Assembly: GCF_047602625.1 (NCBI RefSeq)
Contig: NZ_JASGGV010000002.1
Coordinates: 441,734 to 505,733 of the forward strand
Direction of reading: 5' to 3'
Length of the DNA: 64,000 bases
DNA from: Aestuariivirga sp.
GTDB taxonomy: Bacteria > Pseudomonadota > Alphaproteobacteria > Rhizobiales > Aestuariivirgaceae
Part shown: one piece after another, positions 50,797-61,909 of the stretch
Numbering within the stretch: the stretch's first letter is position 1
Layout of the letters: each line of letters starts with the position of its first letter
Translations under genes and position numbers: made by a program
The notes under the pieces: model-generated
What the model was told of the DNA's origin: nothing
Database searches by the model: none
What the model saw: the letters and a program-made list of their open reading frames with translations, nothing else

Positions 50797-51511
50797 GGCC
50801 GTTGGCCCGCGCCAGATTCTCATAGATGATGCGCGTCTGCGCATGCATGTCCGGCATCAGCGGATAGGCCTCCGCGAGAAGGCGCGGATAAGCTCCCTCT
50901 CCCTTGCTTTTCTCAAGAACCGAAATGTAATCGGGCAACGATGACCACGCTGCCATGGATTGCGGGGTGAATTCGCAATGGAACTGCGTGCCAACGGCAT
51001 GATCGCCAATGGCGACCGCCTGCACGGCGGCACGGCCGGAAGAGGCCAGAACGGCAGATCCGTCCGGGGGCCGCTTCACCTCGGCGAAGTGCCACTGCAT
51101 CACCTTGCTGCTCTCTGGAAGGCCCTTGAACAGACGGTGGCGCTTCCCCTCCTCCGTAAGAGTCACGTCATGAACGCCCACTTCTCCGGCCTCTGCGGGC
51201 GCCACCTCGCCACCCAACGCGCTGCAAAGCAATTGATGCCCCAGGCACACGCCGAAATAGGGTTTGGCGCGATCACTCACCCACTCGCGGATCGCCTGCT
51301 TCTCTCCCACCAGCCACGGATATTCAGCCTCTTCCCATGTGTCCTGCTTGCCGCCCAGCACGAACATGAAGTCGTAATCCTTGAGCGCGGGAATTTCTGC
51401 GCCTTCCCAGATACGCACGAATTCGGGAATGATGCTGTCTTCAGCAAAAAAATCGAGAAAGCGGCCTGGAAAATCATGATCCATATGCTGCAGGACAAGG
51501 GCGCGCTTCAT
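50786..51511 (-). CDS. class I glutamine amidotransferase-like protein
   Basis: MKRALVLQHMDHDFPGR..., nucleophile elbow FGVCLGHQL, and a ...QFHCEF histidine motif. Confidence 0.85.
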   Translation of the reverse strand: MKRALVLQHMDHDFPGRFLDFFAEDSIIPEFVRIWEGAEIPALKDYDFMFVLGGKQDTWEEAEYPWLVGEKQAIREWVSDRAKPYFGVCLGHQLLCSALGGEVAPAEAGEVGVHDVTLTEEGKRHRLFKGLPESSKVMQWHFAEVKRPPDGSAVLASSGRAAVQAVAIGDHAVGTQFHCEFTPQSMAAWSSLPDYISVLEKSKGEGAYPRLLAEAYPLMPDMHAQTRIIYENLARANGLRR

Positions 51512-51545
51512 GGCGCTGTGCTTAGCACGGCTTTAGCGGATTGAG

Positions 51546-51818
51546 CTATGCCCGGCAGAAAGGAAGCCCTGCTTTCTCCGGCGGGAGGCTCGCCTCTGGG
51601 CATTGATCGTCAATGACCTTCCAGGAAGGATTGTTGAGGAACATGATGCAGCGGGACAGCTTGCCACGCACGCAGCGAAGAACGCCGACTTCAAATTTTG
51701 CTCCGTCAACCCGGCAGGAGCAATTGCTATCAGCCCGGCCCGTCGTGATGAAAACTGTGCAGCCCAAGAAGACCGCCGCACTCATTCTAAGCCACACTGG
51801 CCTCATGCGTGCCTCCAA
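51546..51818 (-). CDS. small secreted Cys-rich protein
   Basis: Signal-like N-terminus. Six Cys in the mature part. Start uncertain (51818 or 51806). Confidence 0.45.
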   Translation of the reverse strand: MEARMRPVWLRMSAAVFLGCTVFITTGRADSNCSCRVDGAKFEVGVLRCVRGKLSRCIMFLNNPSWKVIDDQCPEASLPPEKAGLPFCRA

Positions 51819-51845
51819 TGCACGGCCATTCCTGCCGTGACACGG

Positions 51846-52058
51846 CTAGAGCAATTGCAGTTCGACGGCTTGAGGGCCCCGGCCCCGCTTGTCTGGCTGC
51901 ACTTCAAAGCTGATGCGCATGCCCTCGTTGAGTTCGGGAATGCCGGACCGCTGCACGGCCGTGACATGCACGAACACATCCTTGCCCCCGTCTTCCGGCG
52001 AAACAAAGCCATAGCCCTTCGCCTGATTGAAAAACTTGACCGTGCCGTTCTGGCGCAT
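51846..52058 (-). CDS. cspA: cold-shock protein (CspA family)
   Basis: GTVKFFNQAKGYGFVSPEDGGKDVFVHVTAV with RNP1/RNP2 motifs. Long 5' UTR region (about 320 nt intergenic). Confidence 0.92.
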   Translation of the reverse strand: MRQNGTVKFFNQAKGYGFVSPEDGGKDVFVHVTAVQRSGIPELNEGMRISFEVQPDKRGRGPQAVELQLL

Positions 52059-52380
52059 GGAGAACGCCCCTCCTCCAGTGTGTTGTCCGCTTCCCGGCGG
52101 TTCCAGCACCGGAAATGCGGGGTCGGCACAGCGGATTTCAAAACGGCGGAAAAAGCACGGCGGGGACGGCTGGGCGCCATTCCCGGTCGTGACCGGGTTC
52201 GAATAGCTCTGCCTGCGCACAGGACATGGCTGCCCTGCACGAAGATGAACTATGATCCAGTCGGCGAACGGGATCAAGAGGCCCCGATTCGGCTTGTGCT
52301 TGGCCTCTTTCCCCCGCTTTAACTTGACCGTGCCATGCTCCTCGCGAATAGTTGACCAGCCAAACAAGGGGACCTGCTGA

Positions 52381-52992
52381 ATGATCCGCCGCCCGGTTTT
52401 CGGACTGCTCTGTTGTGCGCTGCTCGCGACCTCCGCCGCAGCGCGGCCGATCATCACCACGAAATACGTCTATTACCCGGTGCGCGGGAAAAGCGCAGCG
52501 GAGATTTACAGCGCCATGATCCGCTCGGGTCCGCATGTGAAGGGTGAGAAGGCTTACGCGGCCACCACCGCCACCACCGCACAGGACGGCAGGCTGATCC
52601 AGGGCAAATCGTGCCAAATCCAGAATTACCGCCTCAAGATCAATTTCACCATCAAGCTGCCGAAGCTGCAAAGCACGGCGGGCATTCCCCAAACCGATCT
52701 GGCGCGCTGGCGGCAGTTCGAAGGCTTCGTGCGCCGCCACGAGGAAACCCATCGATCGATCTGGATGGGCTGCGCCAGCCGGCTGGAAGCGCAGATCCGC
52801 GCCATTCACGCCAAGACCTGTGGCGAAGCCGACAGGCGGGCGGAGCAGCTCTGGAACCAGATGCGCGCCCAATGCTCCGCCAAACATGATGCCTTCGATG
52901 CAGCCGAAGCGCGCCGCCTGCTGAAAAATCCTTTCGTGCAATATGTCTTCAGCCGCAAATCCAGGGTGGTCAGCGCGGCGCGCGTGCCCTAA
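52381..52992 (+). CDS. DUF922 family predicted secreted Zn-dependent peptidase
   Basis: Signal peptide. HEETH (HExxH) motif in the ...FEGFVRRHEETHRSIW context typical of DUF922. Confidence 0.75.
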   Translation: MIRRPVFGLLCCALLATSAAARPIITTKYVYYPVRGKSAAEIYSAMIRSGPHVKGEKAYAATTATTAQDGRLIQGKSCQIQNYRLKINFTIKLPKLQSTAGIPQTDLARWRQFEGFVRRHEETHRSIWMGCASRLEAQIRAIHAKTCGEADRRAEQLWNQMRAQCSAKHDAFDAAEARRLLKNPFVQYVFSRKSRVVSAARVP

Positions 52993-53861
52993 CGGTTGAG
53001 CACGCGTCCCGCCACGGCATCGAGCTTGGCGATCAGGGCCGGATCGCGTTTCTCAGGCGCTGTCATCAGTGCATGTTCCAGCGCGCGGTCTGACCCTGCC
53101 GGGCACGGCTGATGCTCGCGCGGAAAATCCGCGGCAAGGCGGTGAACGAGACGCTTGGCATTGCCTGCGTTGGCCTTCATCACCGCGATCACCTTGGCAA
53201 CATCCACTTCGCCATGGTCTTCGTGCCATGAGTCATAGTCCGTCACCATCGCAACGGTGCAGTAACAAAGCTCCGCCTCGCGCGCCAGCTTGGCCTCGGG
53301 CATGTTCGTCATGCCGATGACCGATGCACCCCATGAACGGTAAAGCCGGGATTCCGCCAGCGTCGAAAACTGCGGGCCTTCCATCACCATATAGGTACCG
53401 CCCACCGCATGGGCGATATGTTCGTCCGAGAGCGCCTTGGCCGCAATCGCCTGCAGGCCGGGGGAAACGGGGTGTGCAAAGGGCACATGCCCCACGCAAC
53501 CGGCGCCAAAGAAACTTTTCTCGCGCGCGAAGGTGCGGTCGATGAACTGGTCCACCAGCACGAAGGTGCCGGGCGGCAATTCTTCTTTCAATGAGCCGAC
53601 AGCGGAAAGCGAGATGAGGTCCGTCACCCCGGCCCGCTTCATCACATCGATATTGGCGCGGTAATTGATGGAAGTGGGCGATTGCACATGCCCGCGCCCA
53701 TGGCGCGGCAGGAACACGACAGGAAGCCCGTTGATCTCGCCGCGCCTGACCTGATCGGAAGGCGCTCCCCAAGGAGACGCAACCGTCTCCCACCGGGGAT
53801 GGTCCATCTCAATGTCATAAACGCCCGAGCCGCCGATGATGCCGAGAACGGAGCGAGTCAC
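52989..53861 (-). CDS. mtnP: S-methyl-5'-thioadenosine phosphorylase
   Basis: VLGIIGGSGVY..., ...FLPRHGRGH..., ...NYRANI... are MTAP motifs. GTG start forms a GTGA overlap with the upstream gene stop. Confidence 0.9.
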   Translation of the reverse strand: MTRSVLGIIGGSGVYDIEMDHPRWETVASPWGAPSDQVRRGEINGLPVVFLPRHGRGHVQSPTSINYRANIDVMKRAGVTDLISLSAVGSLKEELPPGTFVLVDQFIDRTFAREKSFFGAGCVGHVPFAHPVSPGLQAIAAKALSDEHIAHAVGGTYMVMEGPQFSTLAESRLYRSWGASVIGMTNMPEAKLAREAELCYCTVAMVTDYDSWHEDHGEVDVAKVIAVMKANAGNAKRLVHRLAADFPREHQPCPAGSDRALEHALMTAPEKRDPALIAKLDAVAGRVLNR

Positions 53862-54256
53862 GGATGTGTCACGCAGGATAAGTCGCCTTCCTCGCATGTG
53901 AGGTAATATTTGAAGTCGGCAAGGCGCTTTGTGGTGAGCTCCGCGAGGCATTCGCCGTACACCATCGGATAAACCGATCCCCCTTGGACGCCCGAACTTC
54001 GGAACTCGCATTCGCTATCGCGAAATTTGATCCAGGCTTCTTGCGCTTTGCGAAAAGACGTCTGGCCCGGAGCATCCAACCGTCCAATAATCTTCTTGTA
54101 GTCGAGATTAAGCTGTCTGTCGGCGCTCTCGAAATCGGAATTTGCACATTCATTCATGGCAGCTTGTGTTTGGGCTGTAGCGAGACAGCTCGCGGTGGAG
54201 GATGAAGCAGGCAAGAGCAGCGTTATAAACAAGACGAACGGCAATGCACGCTGCAT
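53858..54256 (-). CDS. DUF1311 (LprI-like, lysozyme-inhibitor fold) secreted protein
   Basis: Signal peptide. ...MNECANSDFESADRQLNLDYKKII...AQEAWIKFRDSECEF... is the typical DUF1311 pattern. Confidence 0.8.
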   Translation of the reverse strand: MQRALPFVLFITLLLPASSSTASCLATAQTQAAMNECANSDFESADRQLNLDYKKIIGRLDAPGQTSFRKAQEAWIKFRDSECEFRSSGVQGGSVYPMVYGECLAELTTKRLADFKYYLTCEEGDLSCVTHP

Positions 54257-54319
54257 CGGGAATCCTCTCATTCCATGTCCAGAGATTGCAACATAGCAAA
54301 GCACCAACTACTTGCCGCA

Positions 54320-54353
54320 AACAAAAAGGCCCGGAAAAATTGCCGGGCCTTTT
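54320..54353 (-). terminator. intrinsic terminator after petC
   Basis: On the minus strand: AGGCCCGG-caattttt-CCGGGCCT followed by TTTTGTTTG. Confidence 0.65.
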
Positions 54354-54370
54354 CAATCAGATTGATTTCC

Positions 54371-55192
54371 TCAATGCGGAACGTCGGACCAGATCTTCTT
54401 CTTCACCAGATAGAGAAGCCCGGCGAGGATGGCGAGGTAGATCATCACCGCGAAGCCGGTGCTCTTGCGTTCTTCCATCTTGGGTTCGGCCGTCCAGGCG
54501 AGGAAGGCCGACACATCGCGCGCCATATCGTTAATGGTGTTGGGCGAGCCGTCGTCGAATTCCACCGCGCCATCCGCCAGCGTGCCATGCGGCGGCATGC
54601 CGATGGCGGGACCGGAAGCAAAATAGGGATTGTAATATTTGCCTTCGGGGATTGAGACGTCCGCCGGCTTGTCCTCATAGCCCGTCAGGACGGAATAGAC
54701 ATATTGCGGGCCGCCAATGCCGAACAGGAACTGGTTGATGGTGCCATACCAGCCGGCGCGCGCCTTGGTGATGAGCGAGAGGTCTGGCGGCAGCGCGCCG
54801 CCATTGGCGTTCTTGGCCGCCTCTTCATTGGGGAACGGTGACGGAAAATGGTCGGACGGCAGGCCCGGGCGCTCGAACATCTGGCCGTCCGAGCCCGGTC
54901 CATCCTGCACCTGGAAAGTGGCGGCCAGCGCCTTCACTTCCTCTTCCGTGAAGCCGGGCCCGCCGGGATCGGCGAGGTTACGGAAGGCGACGAAGCGCAT
55001 GGAATGGCAGTTGGAACAGACCTGCTTGTAAACCTTATAGCCCCGCTGCAGCTGCGCCTTGTCGAAATGGCCGAACGGCCCTTCGAAGGAGAAGGAGATA
55101 TTCTTGGCGTCACGCTGGCCTTCGGCGGCTGCGCCGCCAGCAAGCATGGCAAGACCGAGTACCGCCGTGCCGAGTGTTGTGAAGAGTTTCAT
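54371..55192 (-). CDS. petC: cytochrome c1 (bc1 complex)
   Basis: Signal peptide. Haem site CSNCHS in the ...RGYKVYKQVCSNCHSM context. C-terminal TM anchor. Confidence 0.9.
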   Translation of the reverse strand: MKLFTTLGTAVLGLAMLAGGAAAEGQRDAKNISFSFEGPFGHFDKAQLQRGYKVYKQVCSNCHSMRFVAFRNLADPGGPGFTEEEVKALAATFQVQDGPGSDGQMFERPGLPSDHFPSPFPNEEAAKNANGGALPPDLSLITKARAGWYGTINQFLFGIGGPQYVYSVLTGYEDKPADVSIPEGKYYNPYFASGPAIGMPPHGTLADGAVEFDDGSPNTINDMARDVSAFLAWTAEPKMEERKSTGFAVMIYLAILAGLLYLVKKKIWSDVPH

Positions 55193-55208
55193 TCTCATTT
55201 CCCCCAGA

Positions 55209-56525
55209 TCACTCGGCAGGCACGGCAGAGGCTTTGTTATTTTTGGCAAGCACGGCATCGGAGATTGATGGCGGCAGCGGCTTCGGGCTTTCCAGAAGGC
55301 CCACCACCGGCAGGATCACCAGGAAATACAGGAAGTAAAAGGCAGTGCAGATCTTGCCGACCACATTGTAGGTCAACGCCCATTTTGTAGGATCAGCCGC
55401 CTCATGGCTGAGGAAGTAATTGTCGGGCGCGCCCGATCCCGCAAAACCAAGGAGCACGCAGTTGATCACGAACAGCCAGAAAAACTGCTTGAAGATCGGA
55501 CGGTAGGTGCCGGACCGCACCTTCGACGTATCAAGCCAGGGCAGGAAGAACAGAATGATGATCGACCCGAACATGGCGATCACGCCCAGCAGCTTCGCAT
55601 CCAGCGGCCCGATGTTGAAGGTGATGGCGCGCAGGATGGCGTAGAATGGCAGGTAATACCATTCCGGCACGATATGCGCCGGCGTCGAAAGCGGGTTGGC
55701 TTCCGCATAGTTGATGGCGTGGCCCAGGAAGTTGGGCGCGAAGAACACCCAGCCCGCATAGAACAGCAGGAACACCACGATCGCGAAGCCATCCTTCATC
55801 GTGTAATAAGGATGGAACGGCACCGTATCCTGCGCGCCCTTTACCGAAACGCCGGTCGGGTTGTTGTTGCCGGGAATATGCAGCGCCCAGATGTGCAGGC
55901 CCACCACGCCCGCCAGCACGAAGGGCAGCAGGTAGTGCAGCGAGAAGAAGCGGTTGAGCGTCGGATTGTCCACCGCGAAGCCGCCCCACAGCCAGTGCGT
56001 GATGGCATCGCCGAAGAACGGAATGGCCGAGAACAGGTTGGTGATGACCTTGGCGCCCCAGAAACTCATCTGGCCCCATGGCAGCACATAGCCCATGAAG
56101 GCCGTGGCCATCATGATGAGATAGATGATGACGCCGATCATCCAGAGGATTTCACGCGGCGCCTTGTAGGAGCCGTAATACATGCCGCGGAAGATGTGGA
56201 TATAGACAGCAATGAAGAACATCGACGCGCCGTTGGCGTGCATGTAGCGCAGCAGCCAGCCGTAGTTCACGTCGCGCATGATGTGCTCGACGGAGGAGAA
56301 GGCGAGATCGGTGTTGGGGGTATAGTGCATGACCAGCACGACGCCGGTGACGATCTGCACCACCAGCATCACCGCGAGGATGCCGCCGAAGGTCCACCAG
56401 TAATTGAGGTTTTTCGGCGTGGGGAAATCAAGGGCCTGGCCCTTGACGAGGTCCATTACCGGCAGGCGCTCATGGAACCACTTTCCAAAGGCCGTTTTGG
56501 GTTCGTAGGAAGAATGTCCGCTCAT
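55209..56525 (-). CDS. petB: cytochrome b (bc1 complex)
   Basis: 438 aa. ...[12 protein letters not shown]..., haem-ligand His pairs, [13 protein letters not shown] motif. Confidence 0.95.
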   Translation of the reverse strand: MSGHSSYEPKTAFGKWFHERLPVMDLVKGQALDFPTPKNLNYWWTFGGILAVMLVVQIVTGVVLVMHYTPNTDLAFSSVEHIMRDVNYGWLLRYMHANGASMFFIAVYIHIFRGMYYGSYKAPREILWMIGVIIYLIMMATAFMGYVLPWGQMSFWGAKVITNLFSAIPFFGDAITHWLWGGFAVDNPTLNRFFSLHYLLPFVLAGVVGLHIWALHIPGNNNPTGVSVKGAQDTVPFHPYYTMKDGFAIVVFLLFYAGWVFFAPNFLGHAINYAEANPLSTPAHIVPEWYYLPFYAILRAITFNIGPLDAKLLGVIAMFGSIIILFFLPWLDTSKVRSGTYRPIFKQFFWLFVINCVLLGFAGSGAPDNYFLSHEAADPTKWALTYNVVGKICTAFYFLYFLVILPVVGLLESPKPLPPSISDAVLAKNNKASAVPAE

Positions 56526-56540
56526 GAAACTGTCCCTGAA

Positions 56541-57185
56541 TTAGCCGATGCGGATCTTGGTGTCGGAGAGATAGGCATACTTGGGAATATGCAGGTTCTC
56601 CGGCGCGGGACCTTTGCGGATGCGCCCAGCCGTATCATACATTGAGCCATGGCAGGGGCAGAACCAGCCGCCCACCTTGTTGTTGCCTTCGACCACCGCG
56701 AACTCGCCTTCATCCCCAATGGGAACGCAGCCGAGGTGCGTGCACACGCCCATCTGCACGAGATAGGCTTCCTTGCCGCCCACCACGCGGTTTTCATCCG
56801 TCGCGGGCGAGCCATCCTTGAGGTTGGCGTTGCGCGAAATCGGGTCTTTCAGGTCTTCGAGCTTGACGGATTTCGCAGCCTCGATCTCGGGCGCCGTGCG
56901 GTGGCGCACGAACACCGGGTTGCCCTGCCACTTCAGCGTCACCGCCTGGCCCTCGGCGATGGGCGACAGGTCAACTTCGATGGTGGCCAAAGCCAGCACC
57001 GAGGCATCAGGATTCATCTGGCTGATAAAGGGCCACGCCGCGAGGGCAGCGCCCACCGCGCCGACGGCGCCGGTCGCGATATAGAGAAAATCACGCCGGT
57101 TGACTTCCGCATGTTCCGCTGTGGACACGTCTTTTTCCCCTTGTACTGCAGCCCCGGCACCGGGTGAGGGCATGTATTTTCCCAT
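56541..57185 (-). CDS. petA: ubiquinol-cytochrome c reductase Rieske iron-sulfur subunit
   Basis: Tat-like RRDFL. Rieske boxes CTHLGC and CPCHGS. Confidence 0.92.
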   Translation of the reverse strand: MGKYMPSPGAGAAVQGEKDVSTAEHAEVNRRDFLYIATGAVGAVGAALAAWPFISQMNPDASVLALATIEVDLSPIAEGQAVTLKWQGNPVFVRHRTAPEIEAAKSVKLEDLKDPISRNANLKDGSPATDENRVVGGKEAYLVQMGVCTHLGCVPIGDEGEFAVVEGNNKVGGWFCPCHGSMYDTAGRIRKGPAPENLHIPKYAYLSDTKIRIG

Positions 57186-57299
57186 CCGGCGCTAAATGCT
57201 GGCGTTTTTGACATTGCGGCGAAAGGAAGTCTAGCTATGAAGTGTCGCAGCCATGTTGAAAACCGGCTGCTTCATCCCTTGGCCTAAGCCTCTGCAAAC

Positions 57300-57755
57300 A
57301 TGATTGAAATTGCCCTCTTCCAGCCGGACATCGCGCCCAATGCGGCAACCGTCATGCGCATGTGCGCCTGTTTCGGGCTGAAGGTCAGGGTGATCGAACC
57401 GGCGGGCTTCACCTGGAATGATTCTATGCTTCGGCGGGCCGGAATGGACTATCTGGCGCAGGCCGAGGTGATCCGCGATGCCTCGTGGGAGGCTTTCCGC
57501 ACCGCCACGGCAGGCCGCAGGCTGGTGCTGATGAGCACCAGGGCCGCCCTGCCCTTTACCGATTTCGCATTCGCCCCTGACGACATCATCCTCATGGGCC
57601 GGGAAAGTGCCGGGGTGCCGGATCATGTGCATGATGCTGCGGATGCCCGCCTGCTGATCCCCATGCGCAAAGGCCTGCGCTCGCTCAATGTCGCCATGGC
57701 TTGCGCGATGGTGACGGGTGAGGCATTGCGGCAGCTCAGGATGTTTCCACAATGA
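57300..57755 (+). CDS. trmL: tRNA (cytidine/uridine-2'-O-)-methyltransferase (SpoU/TrmL type)
   Basis: 151 aa. [19 protein letters not shown]... and ...GRESAGVP... ...[11 protein letters not shown] are SPOUT motifs. Confidence 0.85.
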   Translation: MIEIALFQPDIAPNAATVMRMCACFGLKVRVIEPAGFTWNDSMLRRAGMDYLAQAEVIRDASWEAFRTATAGRRLVLMSTRAALPFTDFAFAPDDIILMGRESAGVPDHVHDAADARLLIPMRKGLRSLNVAMACAMVTGEALRQLRMFPQ

Positions 57756-58585
57756 CCGATCTCGACTCCCGCAAGGCCCGCGCCAGCCAATGGTTTGAAA
57801 CCCTGCGCGACCGGATTTGCGCCGAACTGGAAGCGATCGAAGGCGGCGCCCGCTTCGAGCGCAAGGCGTGGGAGCGCCCGCAAGGGGGCGGCGGCGTCAT
57901 GTCCATGCTGCACGGCAAGGTGTTCGAGAAGGCGGGCGTTCATTGTTCCACCGTGCATGGCGAATTCACGCCGGAGTTTCGCAAGCAGATTCCGGGGGCG
58001 GAGGATGATCCGCGCTTCTGGGCTTCAGGCATCTCGCTCATCATTCATCCGCTGAACCCGCATGTGCCGGCCGTGCACATGAACACCCGCTTCATTGTCA
58101 CGTCGAAATGGTGGTTCGGCGGCGGCGCGGATTTAACACCAGTGCTGGATCGCAGGCGCATCCAGCAGCATCCCGACACGCAAGACTTTCACGCTGCGAT
58201 GCAAGCGGCCTGTGATGCCCATGCCGTTGCCGACTACCGGAAATTCAAAGCCTGGTGCGACGAGTATTTTTTCCTGCCGCATCGAAACGAGCCGCGCGGC
58301 ATCGGCGGCATTTTCTATGACCACCACAATTCGGGCGACTGGGAGGCCGATTTCGCCTTCACTCAGGATGTGGGCCGAGCTTTCCTGAAGACTTATCCCG
58401 CCCTCGTCCGCCGCAACATGGATGAACCGTGGACGGAGGCAGACCGCGAAGAGCAACTGGTGCGTCGCGGGCGTTACGTAGAATACAATCTTCTCTATGA
58501 TCGCGGCACTTTGTTCGGCCTGAAAACCGGGGGCAACGTGGAGTCCATCCTCTCCTCCATGCCGCCACTGGTGAAATGGCCCTGA
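57752..58585 (+). CDS. hemF: oxygen-dependent coproporphyrinogen III oxidase
   Basis: ...[23 protein letters not shown]..., ...[16 protein letters not shown]..., ...[11 protein letters not shown]..., ...RGIGGIFYD... ATGA overlap with trmL. Confidence 0.95.
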   Translation: MTDLDSRKARASQWFETLRDRICAELEAIEGGARFERKAWERPQGGGGVMSMLHGKVFEKAGVHCSTVHGEFTPEFRKQIPGAEDDPRFWASGISLIIHPLNPHVPAVHMNTRFIVTSKWWFGGGADLTPVLDRRRIQQHPDTQDFHAAMQAACDAHAVADYRKFKAWCDEYFFLPHRNEPRGIGGIFYDHHNSGDWEADFAFTQDVGRAFLKTYPALVRRNMDEPWTEADREEQLVRRGRYVEYNLLYDRGTLFGLKTGGNVESILSSMPPLVKWP

Positions 58586-58599
58586 CAGCAGGACAGGCA

Positions 58600-59145
58600 A
58601 TGGACCTTCGCAACGGCTTTGACATCAAGCGCTATATCCGCACCATTCCGGATTATCCCAAGCCCGGCATCCTGTTCCGCGATATCACCACGCTCTTGGC
58701 TGATCTGCATGGCTTCCGCGCCACCGTGGATGAACTGGCGTGGCCTTTCCTCAAAGGCCGCATTGATTACGTGGCGGGGATAGAAGCGCGGGGATTCATT
58801 CTGGGTGGAGCGGTGGCACACACACTGGGCCGCGGCTTCATTCCCATCCGCAAGAAAGGCAAGCTGCCCCACAAGGTGATCGGCCAGGACTATGCGCTGG
58901 AATATGGCGTGGACACCATCGAGATGCATGCCGATGCCATCAAGCCGCGCGATCGCATCCTGCTGATTGATGACCTGATCGCCACAGGCGGTACGGCAGG
59001 CGCTGCCATCGATCTCATCCGCAAGTCAGGCGGCGAGGTCGTCTCCGCCGCCTTCGTCATCGACCTCCCCGACCTGGGCGGCGCGCAAAAGCTCAAGGAC
59101 AAGGGTGTGAAGGTCCACACGCTGGTGAGCTTCGAGGGGCATTGA
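58600..59145 (+). CDS. apt: adenine phosphoribosyltransferase
   Basis: [18 protein letters not shown] and the PRPP motif [14 protein letters not shown]. The alternative ATG at 58576 overlaps the hemF end. Confidence 0.92.
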   Translation: MDLRNGFDIKRYIRTIPDYPKPGILFRDITTLLADLHGFRATVDELAWPFLKGRIDYVAGIEARGFILGGAVAHTLGRGFIPIRKKGKLPHKVIGQDYALEYGVDTIEMHADAIKPRDRILLIDDLIATGGTAGAAIDLIRKSGGEVVSAAFVIDLPDLGGAQKLKDKGVKVHTLVSFEGH

Positions 59146-59188
59146 TTTTGCTTCCCTCGTTCGAACAGGTCAGGAAGAAGCTTGCTCT

Positions 59189-59893
59189 TCATGGTTTGTC
59201 CGCAATAAGCAGAAAACGGCCCTTGTGTGGCGAGGAGATTGTGCGGATGGTTCTGAAGAGCCCCTCCCGGTTCCCTAAAATGCGTTTCAGCGCACCGCGA
59301 GTGAAATAATACTTGAGCTTGGCGGGCACCTTCTTGCGCGCCGGTGTCCGCGCCACGAAAATCACCGGAAAAATCGAGAGAAGAAATGCATAGAGCGGCA
59401 CCACGTCGAGCCGCCGAAGGTAGTCGAGGAGACTCAACCCCGCAGCCTCGATCACCAGCCGCTCGCGCGCGGCCTTCCTCATCGTCTCAAGCTGCAACAG
59501 GGGATCGTCAAGATGATGAAGAAGATTGAGGCAGAGAACATAGTCGAACGCCTCATCGACATGCCGCGCGTTGAGATCACGCACCTCGAACTCGACGGAC
59601 ACTCCCATGGCGTCGGCGAGCAGACGAGCCCGTCGGATAATGTCGGGGCTGTTATCAAGCCCGACAACACGCACAGCCCCACGCTTCACCGCCTCGAAAC
59701 AGAGCGCTCCATGATTGCAGCCAAGATCGAGAACCGACTTTCCCGTGAGGTCGGCCGGAAAAATCAAGCCGGCCGAAGAAGCGCGCTCCTTGCCCGGCGT
59801 GATGAGCCCATGCGGCAATTCTATGCGCTGATAGGAATAGGTTTCGCGCGCCAGCAGTGCTTCAATTTCACTCTTGGACCAAGGTTGTTTCAT
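59189..59893 (-). CDS. class I SAM-dependent methyltransferase
   Basis: VLDLGCNHGALCF (motif I) and ...VVGLDNS... (motif II). ATGA overlap with the upstream MaoC gene. Confidence 0.8.
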   Translation of the reverse strand: MKQPWSKSEIEALLARETYSYQRIELPHGLITPGKERASSAGLIFPADLTGKSVLDLGCNHGALCFEAVKRGAVRVVGLDNSPDIIRRARLLADAMGVSVEFEVRDLNARHVDEAFDYVLCLNLLHHLDDPLLQLETMRKAARERLVIEAAGLSLLDYLRRLDVVPLYAFLLSIFPVIFVARTPARKKVPAKLKYYFTRGALKRILGNREGLFRTIRTISSPHKGRFLLIADKP

Positions 59894-60363
59894 TGCGCCG
59901 GACGCCGCGCCGTCAGCACTTTGCCGTCAAAGCTGAAAACCAGTTCGCCCTGCTGATTGAAGCCTTCGTTCCGCGAGAATACGAGGCCCCATTCTGGGCG
60001 TGACGCCAGTTCGCGCTTGCCCGTCACTGTTGAGCGATAGTGGATGGTGTCGCCGGGAAACACCGGCTTCAGCCATTTGAGATTGGTGAAGCCGGGCGAT
60101 GGGCCGGAAGGGGCTGGATTGTCACGCGCCGCCGCTTCGCGCTGGTTGGTGGCGACATAGCATTTCATCCATGCCGCCGCCGTGTGCCAACCGCTGGCCG
60201 CCAGCTTGCCAAATGGACCTTTTGCCGCCGCCTCATCATCGACATGAAACGGCTGCGGATCGAACTTGCGCGCATAGTCGAGCACAGTCTCGCGCGTGAA
60301 GGTGAAACTGCCGAGTTCCACCACATGGCCGTCTTCAATCTCGTCCAGCCACAGCCCGATCAC
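59890..60363 (-). CDS. MaoC-like (hotdog fold) dehydratase, subunit 2
   Basis: ...ARKFDPQPFHVDDEAAAKGPFGKLAASGWHTAA... hydratase motif. GTG start forms a GTGA overlap with the preceding stop. Confidence 0.85.
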   Translation of the reverse strand: MIGLWLDEIEDGHVVELGSFTFTRETVLDYARKFDPQPFHVDDEAAAKGPFGKLAASGWHTAAAWMKCYVATNQREAAARDNPAPSGPSPGFTNLKWLKPVFPGDTIHYRSTVTGKRELASRPEWGLVFSRNEGFNQQGELVFSFDGKVLTARRPAQ

Positions 60364-60812
60364 GGCGCCCGCACCCGCATGAAGAGAACGCCGGTTTCCT
60401 CGACTTTCAATTCGCCCGCCTCGTTCCGCAAATCCCAGCGGCATTCGAGAATGCCCATTTCCGGGCGCTTCGATGATATGCGCGCGCCGAGAACCGTCAT
60501 CGCGCCGCGCAGGGTTTCACCCACATAGACAGGCTTGAGCCATTTGACCTCGGACAGCCCGTTCGAGCCCATGCCGGCGGACCGGTTGAGGAAGCCGTCG
60601 CACATCATCCGCATCAGCATGGCGCAATTGTGCCAGCCTGAGGCGCTCAAACCGCCAAGCACGGACGAATTCGCAGCATCCTCATCGAGATGAAACGGCT
60701 GCGGATCGAATTCCCGCGCGAAGGCAATCACCTCTTCGCGGGTGACGGGATAAGGCCCCAGTTCAAAAATGCGGCCAACCGGAAAATCCTCAAAATGGAG
60801 GAGACCGGACAT
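60360..60812 (-). CDS. MaoC-like (hotdog fold) dehydratase, subunit 1
   Basis: ...AREFDPQPFHLDEDAANSSVLGGLSASGWH... TGATG overlap with the ychF stop. Confidence 0.85.
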   Translation of the reverse strand: MSGLLHFEDFPVGRIFELGPYPVTREEVIAFAREFDPQPFHLDEDAANSSVLGGLSASGWHNCAMLMRMMCDGFLNRSAGMGSNGLSEVKWLKPVYVGETLRGAMTVLGARISSKRPEMGILECRWDLRNEAGELKVEETGVLFMRVRAP

Positions 60813-61909
60813 CAATTGGCAAAGCGGAAGTGCATGACGTCGCCATCCTGCACCACATACTCCTTGCCTTCCAGACGGAACTTGCCCGCCTCACGGGCGC
60901 CTGCTTCGCCCTTGCCCGCAACATAATCGTCATAGGCAATGGTTTCGGCGCGGATGAAGCCCTTTTCAAAATCCGTATGGATCACGCCTGCAGCCGCAGG
61001 CCCCCGGGTGCCTTTGGTGATGGTCCAGGCGCGGGCTTCCTTAGGCCCAACGGTGAAATAGGTGACGAGATGCAGAAGATCATATCCCGCGCGGATCACC
61101 CGGTTGAGGCCCGGCTCCGAAAGCCCCACGGCTTCCAGATAATCCTTCTGGTCGGCCTCGGGCAGAACGGCGATCTCGCTCTCGATCTTGGCCGAGACGA
61201 CGCAGGCCACCGCATCCTCTTCCCTGGCGCGCGCGAAAACCCGCGCCGAAAAATCATTGCCCTTGTCAGCGGCGCTTTCTTCCACATTACACACGTAAAG
61301 CACGGGCTTGGACGAGAGAAGGCCAAGGCCGCGGAAGGCCTTTTCCTCTTCCGCCGTGCGTTCGACGAGGCGGGCAGGCTTTCCTTCGCGCAGCAGGACA
61401 AGCGCGCGGCCCATCAGGTCAACGAGTTCCTTGGCTTCCTTGTCGCCAGTCTTGGCTTTTTTCTCGAGTCCGACGATGCGCTTTTCCAGTGAGTCGAGAT
61501 CGGCCAGCATCAATTCCGTCTCGATGGTTTCGATGTCGGCGATGGGATCGATCTTGCCTTCGACATGGGTAATGTCGCCATCCTCGAAGCAGCGCACCAC
61601 ATGGGCAATGGCATCCACCTCGCGGATATTGGCGAGGAACTGGTTGCCCAGCCCTTCGCCCTTCGATGCGCCGCGCACCAGCCCAGCGATGTCCACGAAG
61701 GTCAAGCGCGTGGGGATAATCTGCTGCGAGCCAGCAATGCCGGCCAGCACCGCAAGGCGCGGATCAGGCACGCCTACGTCGCCCACATTGGGCTCAATGG
61801 TGCAGAAGGGATAATTCGCCGCCTGCGCCGCCGCCGTCTGCGTGAGCGCGTTGAAGAGCGTGGACTTGCCGACATTCGGAAGCCCGACGATGCCACATTT
61901 GAAACCCAT
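60812..61909 (-). CDS. ychF: redox-regulated ATPase YchF
   Basis: [24 protein letters not shown]-loop, TGS-like C-terminus (...[13 protein letters not shown]). 1-nt overlap with the pth stop. Confidence 0.95.
   Translation of the reverse strand: MGFKCGIVGLPNVGKSTLFNALTQTAAAQAANYPFCTIEPNVGDVGVPDPRLAVLAGIAGSQQIIPTRLTFVDIAGLVRGASKGEGLGNQFLANIREVDAIAHVVRCFEDGDITHVEGKIDPIADIETIETELMLADLDSLEKRIVGLEKKAKTGDKEAKELVDLMGRALVLLREGKPARLVERTAEEEKAFRGLGLLSSKPVLYVCNVEESAADKGNDFSARVFARAREEDAVACVVSAKIESEIAVLPEADQKDYLEAVGLSEPGLNRVIRAGYDLLHLVTYFTVGPKEARAWTITKGTRGPAAAGVIHTDFEKGFIRAETIAYDDYVAGKGEAGAREAGKFRLEGKEYVVQDGDVMHFRFAN

Noticed and set aside
52190-52215. tRNA-like GGGTTCGAAT word (also GTGTTCGAATCC near 26027)
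   Set aside because: The flanks do not form T-arm or acceptor stems. One lies in the csp leader or intergenic DNA and the other inside the EF-G-like coding sequence. No tRNA cloverleaf can be drawn.
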